DNA from: Patescibacteria group bacterium
GTDB taxonomy: Bacteria; Patescibacteriota; Microgenomatia; Levybacterales; UBA12049
Direction: 5' to 3'
Assembly (NCBI GenBank): GCA_038063415.1
Contig: JBBTVD010000020.1
Location: forward strand, 11,629-75,628
Length of the DNA stretch: 64,000 nt
Made by a program: the position numbers and the translations under genes. How positions within the stretch are numbered: position 1 is the first letter of the stretch; each line of letters begins with the position of its first letter. Below are positions 9,813-20,206 of this stretch, in pieces. The notes under the pieces are model-generated. The model was not told the DNA's origin, searched no databases, and was given only the letters and a program-made list of their open reading frames with translations.

Positions 9813-10886
9813 TGTCCTGGTTGCCTAGATAGAGAACGGTTGTCCTCCTTTCTTTTCTTGCAGGATAATAACACATTCAGCAGGAGTTTTGTAACCTAAC
9901 GAACGATGAAACCGTTGAGTATTATACTTTGTATTAAATGCCATACACCGCTCATTGATCATGTCCAATTCATCTAAAAGGTCTGTTTGGTAATTGAAGT
10001 ATTCGTACTCTGCTGTCTGGTGTAGCCGCTCAACTCGTCCGTTTTGTTTCGGACAGTGAGGGTTAGTAAAGTAGTGGGGAATGCCCCAATCTACAAGCTC
10101 TTTATGGAAGTTCAGCAAATATTCACTGCCATTGTCAGTATTCACAGCGTGGATTGGAAACGGGAAATACTCCCGTACTCGTCTGAGAAAATCTTGGCCT
10201 GAGGCACTTGAAATGGTCTTGTAACAATACAAAAAGCCATACCTAGATTTGCAATCTATCGCTGTGAACAGATAAAACTTTTTTGTTAACACATATAAAT
10301 ATTTTGTGTCTACCTGCACCAATGAACCAAGTGCTCTTTCTCGTAACTCTACGCTTGCTTTCACCCGTGCAATCGCATAATTCCTGTGTTTCTTCATCCG
10401 TTTCTTGTGTTGCATATTCTGAAGCTCTGCATGCCGATTAATCACTTTTTGGATACTTGTTTGCCCAACCTTCACACCTTCTCGCCTTAACTCTTCCTGG
10501 ATCTCGTATTTGCTCTTCTCTGGATCTGCTTTTCGAATCGCAACCACTCGCTGTTGTACCCACAGAGGTGTGGTCATCTCTCGTACCCTTTTCGGTCGTC
10601 TCGTTTTGCTATCAAACTCAAGGCTTTGCAAGTTCCTCTTGTCAAAACGGTTCTTCCATCGGTAAAACACACTCTTGGATAAACTAAAATGTCTGCACGT
10701 CGCTTCTGCATTCTTCCCATGTCCGTAGTACCAATCTATCCATTGCAGTCGCTTCAGGGCTTCCTTTGAAAGTGACGCTACCCTTATCTCTTCGGTCGGT
10801 AAAATGTTGTAGTGACGCATGACCGCGTCAGTATATCTCTTGCTCAACCTAGCTTCAACCGTTCTCTATGTATCGCAACCTAGACA
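9813..10886 (-). mobile_element. IS481-family insertion sequence
   Basis: ~31-bp imperfect IRs TGTCCTGGTTGC..ATAGAGAACGGTTG / TGTCTAGGTTGC..ATAGAGAACGGTTG; TGT...ACA ends. Confidence 0.85.
9825..10847 (-). CDS. IS481-family DDE transposase
   Basis: N-terminal HTH; VQVDTK, TDNGSEY, NGRVERLH, RFHRSLGYKTP. Confidence 0.9.
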   Translation of the reverse strand: MSKRYTDAVMRHYNILPTEEIRVASLSKEALKRLQWIDWYYGHGKNAEATCRHFSLSKSVFYRWKNRFDKRNLQSLEFDSKTRRPKRVREMTTPLWVQQRVVAIRKADPEKSKYEIQEELRREGVKVGQTSIQKVINRHAELQNMQHKKRMKKHRNYAIARVKASVELRERALGSLVQVDTKYLYVLTKKFYLFTAIDCKSRYGFLYCYKTISSASGQDFLRRVREYFPFPIHAVNTDNGSEYLLNFHKELVDWGIPHYFTNPHCPKQNGRVERLHQTAEYEYFNYQTDLLDELDMINERCMAFNTKYNTQRFHRSLGYKTPAECVIILQEKKGGQPFSI

Positions 10887-10912
10887 AGAATTATTACGGA
10901 GATCTTTTCTGA

Positions 10913-12004
10913 CTAGTAAGTAATGACAAGTTCAGGTTGATTTTTGAAGCTATCTCTTGATGCAAAGTCTAGTCCGTTATTGCCAGAAGATTCAAATGCT
11001 AAAGAGACAATATTTCCAGCGTTCTCTTTTACAAATTTGGTAAGGTCAATTTCTTTCCATGTATTTATCTTTCCTCCAGTAATAGATGTGATGGTAGCTG
11101 AGGTAGCAGGTCTGTTTTTGTACGTCAAGGTAGATTCTTGCCAATTTGTGTTTTTTACTTCCTTAAGCGATTGTTTTGAGTCTGAGCCATTTACCACGTA
11201 TAATCTAAGTTTTGCTGTATTAATACGCATGTTTTTGAATACCTTAAGATCAAATTTCATATAAATGATCTTATTATTGTCCTGATCAACTTCAAGCGTT
11301 TTTGCTTTGCCATAGCTCGTACTTGTCTTATCATTTCTCACAAACGTATCAGCTATTGGTTTAATAGAGAAGCTTCCTGTTGCAATCAGTGGCGTCGGGG
11401 TAGCGGATGGAATTGTTATTTTAGTAGGTGTTGGCAGATTGCTTGGTTTGATCGTTGGTAAAAAAGGTGTCGGCGTTATGGCAGATGGAGCGATAGTATT
11501 TGTGGGTTGAATGGTAGCGGTAGCTACAGAAGTAGGGGTTATAGGGGCTGTTGTGCAATTTTGACCGAGATTAAGCGGAATACAGGTAAGATCTTGAGTA
11601 AAGACTAGTTTATCAATTTTTACTCCTGGTTTGTTGCCGATAAGGGTAATCAGATGTGCTCCTTGGGTTAATTGTATGGTTGTTGGAATATTTAACCATG
11701 TCCAAACATTTGTTGGCATATCTTGTTTATCTCCAATGAGCATCCCGCACTTATTATCTATCTGAAGCCAGTAGGAATTATTTATGGTATCTGGGATCAT
11801 TATCCTGCTCCAAATGTTGTAGGTGCCTGAAGCCGTAATGTCTGTTGGTATTGTCACACTTCCGGTGTTCGTAGGTAGACTAGGGCAGGAGTTTGTTGGT
11901 ATTGATGTTTGAGCGTTTGCTTGTCCAACAATCCCCATCCCGAGCAAAAATATAACAGCAAAAAGCAAATTTTTGGTTAGAATAGTATCTGTTTTTTTAT
12001 GCAT
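10913..12004 (-). CDS. Secreted protein with P/T linker and C-terminal CBM96/DNRLRE domain
   Basis: Signal peptide; ADTFV...YMKFDL...AKLRLY...PELVITY. Confidence 0.75.
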   Translation of the reverse strand: MHKKTDTILTKNLLFAVIFLLGMGIVGQANAQTSIPTNSCPSLPTNTGSVTIPTDITASGTYNIWSRIMIPDTINNSYWLQIDNKCGMLIGDKQDMPTNVWTWLNIPTTIQLTQGAHLITLIGNKPGVKIDKLVFTQDLTCIPLNLGQNCTTAPITPTSVATATIQPTNTIAPSAITPTPFLPTIKPSNLPTPTKITIPSATPTPLIATGSFSIKPIADTFVRNDKTSTSYGKAKTLEVDQDNNKIIYMKFDLKVFKNMRINTAKLRLYVVNGSDSKQSLKEVKNTNWQESTLTYKNRPATSATITSITGGKINTWKEIDLTKFVKENAGNIVSLAFESSGNNGLDFASRDSFKNQPELVITY

Positions 12005-12010
12005 ATGGTA

Positions 12011-13132
12011 TTAGTTTATGTATCCTGGTGATAGATAACTTGTTCCATTCCAAAGCGAAGCTGGTACAAAATCCCCACCAGGAGGTGTCGCCCCCTGAAA
12101 AAGACCTGCACTCGGCCAAGAACCAAAGGAATCAGTGGAGTTAAACTTCGCACCAATTGTATAGACGCGATCGCTCGTCATTTTTGTTAGACTAGGTTCA
12201 CGGTCGGCCAAGAGATATTTTGCTCCACCAAGTCGATCATCTCCCTCCAGATTCACGCGTCGAGTAACCCAGGGTTCTCCACTACCACTGGGGACTGACC
12301 GTCCATCGGCTGGATCCAAATAGAAACCTTGGTATGTTGCGTGCTTGGCAGTGAGTCCATCAATGAGTAATGTTCTTGGACCACCCCATGCCTGGATGAC
12401 ATCAGCATGAACGGTGGCTTGTGTACCATAATTAATGGCATCAACACGGACATTCTGCACAATAGCGGTGGTACCATTGTTTGTACGGATTGCAAATTGA
12501 ATAGCATCAGATAAATACGTACCAGGCTTAAACCACAAACCTTCAAGAAATACGATGCGAACATCGGAACCATCAGAAATGCGAATCCCTCTATTTGGAC
12601 TATCATAGGAGCCAGAGGGAACGTTGGTTCGTCCACCAAAGGTGCCTCCAATCCATACGATATTTCGACCTCCGACCAGCGTTACTGGTCCGGTAATGGC
12701 GTTTGGCGCAAGAATTTGGTAATCGGTACCGTTAGTAAGATTTAAGGTGCCTCCTGTTGTTGGCACGGTGACTTTGGTATAATTCTCATATCCTACTGGA
12801 GGAGCCCATGAGAGTTTCTCTCCTGAGGTTGATGGCGTTTGTGTCAGACTCGGAGCAGTACTTGGTATGGATGTCGGTTGAATTCCTCCAAATTGGATAT
12901 ACTTGCCCCCTGATGCATTCTCGTCATTCCCGACAGCGATTTGAGCATTTGTTCCACCTGCTTCAGCTTCAATTTCAGCGAGGGAAAAAGCTGATGCGCT
13001 TAAATTGGTCTGTTTGTTTTGGTAGATAACAAAAACGGGTACAGAGAGAACCAGCAAGGTCAAAAAACCGGCGAGTAAAAGCTTCTTATCAATGAAAAAA
13101 CGATGGAATTTTTTTGTCTGTAAATGCATCAT
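12011..13132 (-). CDS. Membrane-anchored beta-helix-like extracellular protein
   Basis: N-terminal TM, EAEAG...ASGGKYIQFG segment, VHADVIQAWGG. Confidence 0.6.
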   Translation of the reverse strand: MMHLQTKKFHRFFIDKKLLLAGFLTLLVLSVPVFVIYQNKQTNLSASAFSLAEIEAEAGGTNAQIAVGNDENASGGKYIQFGGIQPTSIPSTAPSLTQTPSTSGEKLSWAPPVGYENYTKVTVPTTGGTLNLTNGTDYQILAPNAITGPVTLVGGRNIVWIGGTFGGRTNVPSGSYDSPNRGIRISDGSDVRIVFLEGLWFKPGTYLSDAIQFAIRTNNGTTAIVQNVRVDAINYGTQATVHADVIQAWGGPRTLLIDGLTAKHATYQGFYLDPADGRSVPSGSGEPWVTRRVNLEGDDRLGGAKYLLADREPSLTKMTSDRVYTIGAKFNSTDSFGSWPSAGLFQGATPPGGDFVPASLWNGTSYLSPGYIN

Positions 13133-13139
13133 GTAATCG

Positions 13140-14648
13140 TTATTGTGTTTGTGTAAAGGTTATATCATCAACCCAAACAGTTCCTGCTTCAAGCCCTGCT
13201 TGAAATCCGACAAATACATTGTTTTGCGTATCTGATGCGGTAAACGTATACGTAAAATCTTGCCATTCAGGGGTAAGATCAAATGTCTTTCTATCGTAGA
13301 CAGTGAATGGACGGACAGATTGTTGGACAACGACGTCTATTTTTCGGTTAGCTGCGGCTTTTGCAGAAAATCCTACCATATACGTCTTTCCAGTAGTGAT
13401 CGCTAAACCATATTGGGCGATCTCTACATCCCAAGGATTTTGTGCGGCTTGTGCTATTTCAATTTTGGCTGCATTTGATCCATCTTCTTGCGCTTCGGTG
13501 GTAACACTGAAATTGCCGCTGGCACCGGCTCTTTGGTTAAATTGCCAATCAGACGTACCATCTTCAAACGATGCATTTTTAAGGGCACCAGTATTTCCTC
13601 CAAGAAAGTGAGCAAAGAGTTCTTTGAGCAGTTCCAGAAGACGTATAAGTAATCCCTTAAGTTCTTCGTCGCTTAGATAATCAGTATTACTATCAGTATT
13701 TGGTGTCCCCGTAATTGATGGCTGCATGTCTGTTGGGTCGGCTGTTGTCCCACTGGGAGATGCAAGTATCTCAGTTGATGGTTCTGCGCTAGGTTGCTGA
13801 GAAATAGCTTCTGTTATGGATGGCCCACTAGACGGTTCTGCCGATGGTTCAGCAGAAGGTGGTTGTGTCGATGCTTGAGGCACATCACACGCTATTGGCT
13901 TGCAGCCCTTACCAAGGGTATCTTGGAAGCATACGGCACCACTTCCACAATCAGCATCAACACTGCATGGTTTGGAACAAATAGTTGCATCGGTAAACTC
14001 AGCCGCACAAATAAATGCTTCCTTTCCAGCGCATTCACCGCCACCTTTGGTGCAGTATTTCCCAACCCCTTTTTCATTACCAGCATCACCAGGGGCTCCA
14101 CATCCTTGAACTGGTCCCTGGCTAATGACCGTAGATGGGGCAACCGATAGTTGTTGTGTATCTGAAGGTTCAGGATTTGTGTCACATGGTGTCGTAGAAG
14201 GTTCAGGATTATTGTTGTCGCCACCATTGTCGTTATTATTTCCTTCACTACCAAGTAATATCTTGATCAACTCTTCAAGAAATTTAAAGATTAATTCAAT
14301 CAATTTCCCAATAAAGCCATTTTCTGTTTTTCTTTCCCAACGTTCTTGCTGACCATCAGGGGTTGGCTGGTTACGTGTGACAGAAACAGGAGCAGCTTGT
14401 GTTGTTATACAAGGGTTAGTTGTTATGCTGGCAGCTTGTTCACTACTTGGAGATGCCTCTGCTGGGGAAAGGGATTCAGTAATATCCGCCACTGCTTGTT
14501 CCTTGACAACAGTTGGGCAGGTATTGCCAAGACAAAAAAATTGATCAGTAGGACTTACTTCAAGAGCTTTACTCTGTGATGTGAATGGTAGCACAAGGAA
14601 GAACGAAACGAGGAAAAAGATAAAACTGATGAATAGCTTAGAACGCAT
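13140..14648 (-). CDS. Secreted protein with Cys-rich module and C-terminal CBM4_9 domain
   Basis: Signal peptide; CTKGGGEC..C..CSKPC..DC; LKNASFEDG...GTVWVDDI. Confidence 0.7.
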   Translation of the reverse strand: MRSKLFISFIFFLVSFFLVLPFTSQSKALEVSPTDQFFCLGNTCPTVVKEQAVADITESLSPAEASPSSEQAASITTNPCITTQAAPVSVTRNQPTPDGQQERWERKTENGFIGKLIELIFKFLEELIKILLGSEGNNNDNGGDNNNPEPSTTPCDTNPEPSDTQQLSVAPSTVISQGPVQGCGAPGDAGNEKGVGKYCTKGGGECAGKEAFICAAEFTDATICSKPCSVDADCGSGAVCFQDTLGKGCKPIACDVPQASTQPPSAEPSAEPSSGPSITEAISQQPSAEPSTEILASPSGTTADPTDMQPSITGTPNTDSNTDYLSDEELKGLLIRLLELLKELFAHFLGGNTGALKNASFEDGTSDWQFNQRAGASGNFSVTTEAQEDGSNAAKIEIAQAAQNPWDVEIAQYGLAITTGKTYMVGFSAKAAANRKIDVVVQQSVRPFTVYDRKTFDLTPEWQDFTYTFTASDTQNNVFVGFQAGLEAGTVWVDDITFTQTQ

Positions 14649-14708
14649 AGTGCAAAAAATAATGGTCTACTATACTTAAGCAGAAAAGTTAGAAGGTTGT
14701 CAATATGC

Positions 14709-15524
14709 TTAGAGGGAGGTAATATCAAGGGTAACCGCTGGACTCATGGTAGATTTTATCGTCACTGTTTTAATGTTTTTTGTTTGGACTGCCTGCACAA
14801 AAGCCTTAACGTTTTCCTGTAGCTTCTTTTCACCAAATGACGCTTTACCAACAGTAAAGTGAAGAATAGGGAATTTAGCTTCTGTTTTGTAATGCATTTG
14901 TCCTCCGGCAAACTTTTTGGCTGCTTCATCTGGCTTTTGAGTAACGGTACCATTTTTTGGATTTGGCATAAGACCACGAGGGCCAAGCACTTTTGCTACC
15001 CGTGCAAGTTTTGGCATAGTGTCCGGGGTTGCGATAAGGACATCAAAGTTAATTTGTCCAGCTTCAATTGCTTTGACCAGCTCTTCAACTTTTTTGGCAT
15101 CAACTGTTTGGTTTGCAATTTCGACACGGATCGTTTTGCCAGTTCCATGTGGAAGCACAACTGCTCCTGAAATACCTTTTTCAACAGTATTGATGTGGAG
15201 TTCAACGGTTTCATCAAACTTTGCTCGTTGCAATTTGGATAAGAGAGACAATGATTCAGTCAGTGAATATTTTTTGTCTTTGTCAACGTATGCAGCAGCT
15301 GTTGTATAGCTTTTTGAGTGAGACTTTGTTTGTCCAACTTTTTTTTGTTGCTTCTTAACGGCTGGTTTTTCTGCAACTGCTTCTTTTACTTCACCATTTT
15401 TTTCTTCTTCAGAAGCATCAGCTGTTTTTTGTGCACGTTTTGCTTCGGCACGTTTTTTAGCCTTGAGTTGTTCGTCTTTTTCTTGTTGTTCGTCTCCGAT
15501 TGTTTTTACTCTAATTTTTCCCAT
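14709..15524 (-). CDS. rplA: 50S ribosomal protein L1 (with charged N-terminal extension)
   Basis: KFDETVELH, LPHGTGK, LGPRGLMPNPKNGTVT. Confidence 0.98.
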   Translation of the reverse strand: MGKIRVKTIGDEQQEKDEQLKAKKRAEAKRAQKTADASEEEKNGEVKEAVAEKPAVKKQQKKVGQTKSHSKSYTTAAAYVDKDKKYSLTESLSLLSKLQRAKFDETVELHINTVEKGISGAVVLPHGTGKTIRVEIANQTVDAKKVEELVKAIEAGQINFDVLIATPDTMPKLARVAKVLGPRGLMPNPKNGTVTQKPDEAAKKFAGGQMHYKTEAKFPILHFTVGKASFGEKKLQENVKAFVQAVQTKNIKTVTIKSTMSPAVTLDITSL

Positions 15525-15528
15525 ATAA

Positions 15529-15948
15529 TTATTCTACTGCTACACCCATAGACCGAGCGGTTCCAGCAACTACACGAGTTGCCATTGCAACGTCATCAGT
15601 GTTTAAGTCTTCAAGCTTATCTTTTGCGATTTGTTCTGCTTGTGCCATTGTGAGCGTTGCAACTTTTTCACGGCCTGGTTTTTGGCTACCAGCTTTGCCG
15701 ATAACTTTTTTAATCATTTCAGCAACTGGTGGCTTCTTGGTAATAAAGGTAAAGGTACGATCTTCATAGACAGTAATAACAACGGGAAGGACGTTGCCTT
15801 TCATGTCGGAAGTCTTGTCATTGAATGCTTTGACAAACTCCATGATCGGCAGACCATGTTGTCCAAGAGCCGGTCCAACAGGTGGTGCTGGGGTTGCAGC
15901 TCCTGCAGGAATCGTTAATTTAATGATTGTTTTTACTTTCTTTGCCAT
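15529..15948 (-). CDS. rplK: 50S ribosomal protein L11
   Basis: [22 protein letters not shown]. Confidence 0.98.
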   Translation of the reverse strand: MAKKVKTIIKLTIPAGAATPAPPVGPALGQHGLPIMEFVKAFNDKTSDMKGNVLPVVITVYEDRTFTFITKKPPVAEMIKKVIGKAGSQKPGREKVATLTMAQAEQIAKDKLEDLNTDDVAMATRVVAGTARSMGVAVE

Positions 15949-15952
15949 AGGT

Positions 15953-16552
15953 TTAGAGTTTTTGTACTTGCAAAAAATCTAATTCGACAGGAGTTTCACG
16001 ACCAAAGATAGAAACGAGTACTTTCAGCTTCCCGTGTGCTTCGTCAATCGTATCAATCGTTCCCAGGAATTCACTGAATGGACCATCGATGATCTTCACA
16101 GCTTCACCCATAGAGAACGATACTTTATACATCGGCTCATCAGTATTCATAAACTGTTGAATTGCTTCAACTTCTTTTTCTGAGATTGGGGTTGGTTTGT
16201 TTCCTGCACCTATAAATGAAGTAACACCCTGGGTACTTCTGACCATAAACCAGGTTTCGTCATCAAGTACCATCTTCACAAGCACATATCCTGGAAAGAT
16301 CTTTTCTTTAACGGTTTCTTTTTTGCCTTGAGAAACTTTGATGGTATTGCGAGTTGGAACGATGATGTCAAAGATTCGGTCATCAAACTTCATTGCTTCA
16401 GCACGTTGTTTGAGTGAACGAGCGACTTTGTTTTCGTGACCAGCATAGGTATGAATGATGTACCATTTGCCTGCACTTGAATCTATTGCTGGCTTATCTG
16501 CGAGCACATCTTCTGCTTCTGTTTTTTGTACTGCTTCAGTTGGTTGATCCAT
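15953..16552 (-). CDS. nusG: Transcription termination/antitermination factor NusG
   Basis: [38 protein letters not shown]. Confidence 0.98.
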   Translation of the reverse strand: MDQPTEAVQKTEAEDVLADKPAIDSSAGKWYIIHTYAGHENKVARSLKQRAEAMKFDDRIFDIIVPTRNTIKVSQGKKETVKEKIFPGYVLVKMVLDDETWFMVRSTQGVTSFIGAGNKPTPISEKEVEAIQQFMNTDEPMYKVSFSMGEAVKIIDGPFSEFLGTIDTIDEAHGKLKVLVSIFGRETPVELDFLQVQKL

Positions 16553-16560
16553 AATTTTGA

Positions 16561-16743
16561 TTATTTAAGTAACATTTCTTGAATCTTTACAAAAATAAAG
16601 TCCAAGGCGCCGATATATAAACCGACAAAAACACTTATGGTAAGGACAATGATCGTTAATCTAAAGACATCCTGCTTACTTGGCCAGACAACTTGCTTAA
16701 GCTCGTCGTAGGTTTGCTGTAAAAAGGTGACCGGCTTTGTCAT
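16561..16743 (-). CDS. secE: Preprotein translocase subunit SecE
   Basis: ELKQVVWPS plus TM; upstream of nusG. Confidence 0.95.
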   Translation of the reverse strand: MTKPVTFLQQTYDELKQVVWPSKQDVFRLTIIVLTISVFVGLYIGALDFIFVKIQEMLLK

Positions 16744-16812
16744 TACGAACAACCGCTTTCGCGGAGGTGAGAACTATTGTACCAAATCAAACCCTTCTTG
16801 ACAACTGGGAGG

Positions 16813-17100
16813 TTATTCATCTTCAGACTTTGGTATTTCTCTCATAAAGACAATTCGTGTATGAGGGATATTAATGGTAACGGTACTTCCTTCTTCCAAT
16901 GCTTCTCGGACAAGTGCCATAACTCCACGGGCGCGCATCGTGGGTAACGCGCCTGGCGGAAAGAGCATTGGTTCCAGAGATTGGGGAGTTACTCTCATCA
17001 CGCCTGGTTCTTTTGGTAGAAATTGATCTCCAGATCCTCTTGTCTGTCTGCTTTCTTTCCATTTCGCAAGAGAAATGACGCTACCTGTCCTTTTTTCCAT
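16813..17100 (-). CDS. hypothetical protein (95 aa)
   Basis: ATG ORF with -10-like TATACT upstream. Confidence 0.55.
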   Translation of the reverse strand: MEKRTGSVISLAKWKESRQTRGSGDQFLPKEPGVMRVTPQSLEPMLFPPGALPTMRARGVMALVREALEEGSTVTINIPHTRIVFMREIPKSEDE

Positions 17101-17121
17101 GAGCGTAAGTATACTATATGA

Positions 17122-18900
17122 TTACTTTACTGTCACGCTTTTGGCAAGATTACGAGGTTTATCTGGATCAAGTTTCCTGGAAAGCGCCATAAAGTAGGAT
17201 AGTAGTTGCATCGGGACAATATCCGTCAATAGGGGAGCTCCCGTCGTCTTCACCTCAATCCATTCATCAAATGTCGGATGATCCTTGGCCGAGATACCAA
17301 TCATATACCCACCTCGTGATTTAATCTCAATTGCATTTGAGATGATAGCATCATAGGTCTCATCTTCTGGTGCTACGACGATACAGGGCGTTCCTTTTTC
17401 GATAAGTGCAATTGTTCCATGTTTGAGCTCTCCACCTGCCATTCCTTCGGTGTGAATATAACTCACTTCTTTAATCTTGAGAGCTCCTTCAAGTGCGGTT
17501 GCATAAGAAACACCTCGACCAATAATATAGAGGTGATCTTTTTTCGTCAGAATCTTTGCAATCTTTTTTATCTTTGCCAATGATTTTTCCTGCAGTAATC
17601 GCTCAATTTCTTGTGAAGCAGCAAGTAATAGCTTTTTTCCTTCGGGCAGTTTTCCCGCTAAAGTATAAGCAATAAGTGTCAAAATCGAAATCTTTGCCAG
17701 ATAAGCTTTGGTGGATGCCACCGCTTTCTCTGGGCCTGCGCCAATGAGTACTTTATAATCACTCATACGGTAGATCGTTGAGCCTAGGACATTAACGAGC
17801 GCCATAATCTTGCTTTTCTTTTGCTTCGCCCGAATAAGTGGCTCAATCACGTCAATTGTCTCTCCGCTTTGGGAGAGGGGGATAATAAGGCTGTCTTTGG
17901 TAAGGAAATCTTCCAGGTACATAAATTCGGATGCGGGAGCAGTGTTGACATGACGACTGGCGATTTTTGAAAAAAGGTACGTTCCAGCCAGACAAGCATT
18001 AAAGGCAGTGCCAGAACCAATCAAAAAAACACCTTTTGCTTTGGTAATAACGCCTGCTATCTCTTCAATTTGGTCCGTATAGGTTTTGGCTATTGTCTCG
18101 ATGATTGCTGGCTGTTCTGCAATTTCTTTGAGCATAAAATGTTTGTATTTTCCTTTAACCGCTTGTGCGATATCCCAGGAGATCGTTTCCCTCTCAGGAG
18201 TAAGCTTCTTTCCCGTAGTGAGCGAAACAAGCTCAATATCCTTTTGTAACGCAATCAATTCATTGTCTTTAAGAAAGAGTACGTCTTTTGTATAGGGGAG
18301 AATCCCCGCCAGATCTGAAGCAAGAAAGAATTCGTCTTGCCCGATACCAATAATAAGCGGAGAGCCGTTTTTGGCAGCAACAATTTCAGAAGATTTTGTG
18401 CTAATAGCAATAATTGCATTTAGGCCCTGAAGTTTAGCAAAAACCGTTTGTATACTTGTTTTGAGAGAAGCATTTACTTGCTTCATTTCTTCTTCCAATA
18501 GGTGGGCGATTACCTCAGTGTCAGTTTCGGAGGTAAATCGGTGTCCTTTTTTAAGTAGATCATTTTTTAATTCCTGAAAGTTTTCGACAATGCCATTGTG
18601 TAAGACCGCTATGTGGCGAGTGCAGTCATAATGTGGATGAGCGTTCTTTTGCGTTACACCACCATGCGTTGCCCATCGAGTATGCCCGATTGCAATCTGA
18701 GGTTGGAGAGATGCAAGTGCTCCATCAAGTTTTTTGTCGCCAATTTTGCCGATATGTTTTTCGATTGTTAGTTTGCCTTGACTATCACGCACCGCAATTC
18801 CCCAGGAATCATATCCTCGGTACTCAAGTGTTTTGAGCCCTTCCAGGACAATTTCGGAAGCATTAGTTTTCTGACCGATATAACCGAAAATACCACACAT
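17122..18900 (-). CDS. glmS: Glutamine--fructose-6-phosphate aminotransferase
   Basis: True start MCGIFGY at 18900; LEYRGYDS, GHTRWATHG, PRNLAKSVTV. Confidence 0.98.
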   Translation of the reverse strand: MCGIFGYIGQKTNASEIVLEGLKTLEYRGYDSWGIAVRDSQGKLTIEKHIGKIGDKKLDGALASLQPQIAIGHTRWATHGGVTQKNAHPHYDCTRHIAVLHNGIVENFQELKNDLLKKGHRFTSETDTEVIAHLLEEEMKQVNASLKTSIQTVFAKLQGLNAIIAISTKSSEIVAAKNGSPLIIGIGQDEFFLASDLAGILPYTKDVLFLKDNELIALQKDIELVSLTTGKKLTPERETISWDIAQAVKGKYKHFMLKEIAEQPAIIETIAKTYTDQIEEIAGVITKAKGVFLIGSGTAFNACLAGTYLFSKIASRHVNTAPASEFMYLEDFLTKDSLIIPLSQSGETIDVIEPLIRAKQKKSKIMALVNVLGSTIYRMSDYKVLIGAGPEKAVASTKAYLAKISILTLIAYTLAGKLPEGKKLLLAASQEIERLLQEKSLAKIKKIAKILTKKDHLYIIGRGVSYATALEGALKIKEVSYIHTEGMAGGELKHGTIALIEKGTPCIVVAPEDETYDAIISNAIEIKSRGGYMIGISAKDHPTFDEWIEVKTTGAPLLTDIVPMQLLSYFMALSRKLDPDKPRNLAKSVTVK

Positions 18901-18931
18901 ATAAGCGTAAAATATTGGGGTTCTTTGGGGA

Positions 18932-19118
18932 GTAGTAATTGCTTGTTTTCCCTCTGGTGATACATTACTGTACTGTTTAAGAAAAACATCTAGACTCAAT
19001 CAAGCCTGAAGGTCTCCGCAGATACTTCTTTGCCGACTGGCAAAGAGTTCGAGCCCCCGATGCAATCGGGGATCCTTCTTCCTCGTATCCCTCTGTACTC
19101 GAGGGCCTTGCGCTCTTT
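18932..19118 (-). ncRNA. glmS ribozyme/riboswitch with two inserted hairpins
   Basis: Minus strand: A|GCGCA cleavage motif (A-1 = 19114), P1 CCCUC/GAGGG, ACGAGG, P2 GAAGG/CCUUC, CUCGAA, UGCGGA (compensatory pair to CGCA), P3 loop UGAUUG complementary to downstream CAAUUA, P4 GUUUUUCUU...GAGGGAAAAC; located in the glmS 5' UTR. Confidence 0.85.
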
Positions 19119-19257
19119 ATTCTTTACCTACTCTATTCAAAGAACTAAAAGCAAGTATAGTCCTTTATTGACGTATGTGTCAACTTTCGCTGCAAGGAAA
19201 TTAGTATCACTTTGATGTTGTTGTCAACAAAAAAAAAGATGCTATAATGAGTGCCAT

Positions 19258-20145
19258 ATGGCAAAAAAAATCCGTAAAGCAGTGATCCCCGCAGCTGGTT
19301 TTGGTACCCGCTTTCTTCCTCAGACAAAGTCTATTCCGAAGGAAATGCTTCCAATTGTTGATAAGCCAGTGATCCAATATGTCGTCGAAGAAGCTGTTAA
19401 ATCAGGCATTCAGGATATCATTATTGTCACTGGCGCACTTAAGCGGGCGATTGAAGATCATTTTGATGTACCAAACGCTGATCTTATCCAGAATCTTGAA
19501 ATGGGTAAAAAAGAGAAATTGCTTGAGCAAGTAAAAGCTATCTCTGAGATGGCAAACTTTATTTATATCCGGCAAAAAGGTCTGTATGGCAACGGTACTC
19601 CTGTGCTTTCCGCAGCATCAGTGATCGATAATGAATTTTTTGCTGTGCTTTGGGGAGATGAATTTATCTACAGTGATCCACCACGACTTGCACAGATGAT
19701 GGAAGTCTATGAAAAATATGGTGGGGCAGTTATTTCAGGTGTTCGTATCCCAAAGAAAGCAGATCTGAAGCGTTATGGTATTGCTGATGTAGAGACGGTT
19801 GAGGGCAATGTGTATAAGATCAAAAACATCGTTGAGAAACCTGATCCAGACAAAGCTCCTTCAAATCTTGCAACGCATGGTGCTTATATCTTGCCACCAG
19901 AAATTTTTGATATCCTGCGAGATCAGAAACCTGGAACCGGGGGAGAGATCTATCTTCCTGAAGCAATCGATGCCTTGATTAAGACAGGTTATCCAGTCTA
20001 TACCTGTGAGATCAAAGACGCCCATTATTATGACACCGGGAACAAGCTTGAATATATGAAGACCATTGTCCAATTCGCGCTCAAGCATCCAGATATCAGT
20101 GATGACTTCAAAACATTCCTCAAGACAGTAAATCTTGACCGCTAG
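19258..20145 (+). CDS. galU: UTP--glucose-1-phosphate uridylyltransferase
   Basis: KAVIPAAGFGTRFLPQTKSIPKEMLPIVDKP, VEKP. Confidence 0.95.
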   Translation: MAKKIRKAVIPAAGFGTRFLPQTKSIPKEMLPIVDKPVIQYVVEEAVKSGIQDIIIVTGALKRAIEDHFDVPNADLIQNLEMGKKEKLLEQVKAISEMANFIYIRQKGLYGNGTPVLSAASVIDNEFFAVLWGDEFIYSDPPRLAQMMEVYEKYGGAVISGVRIPKKADLKRYGIADVETVEGNVYKIKNIVEKPDPDKAPSNLATHGAYILPPEIFDILRDQKPGTGGEIYLPEAIDALIKTGYPVYTCEIKDAHYYDTGNKLEYMKTIVQFALKHPDISDDFKTFLKTVNLDR

Positions 20146-20206
20146 CGGATAGAGGCGAGAACGTAATTTACAACTCCACCTCTGTATCATTATACTAAAT
20201 ATCATT

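Noticed and set aside
9807-10892. Target-site duplication for the IS481 element
   Set aside because: Flanks AGAAAA and AGAATT match only 4 of 6, so no TSD is claimed.
18901-18999. 33-aa N-terminal extension of GlmS in the ORF track
   Set aside because: GlmS needs Cys at the mature N-terminus (MCG at 18900); the extension overlaps the ribozyme.
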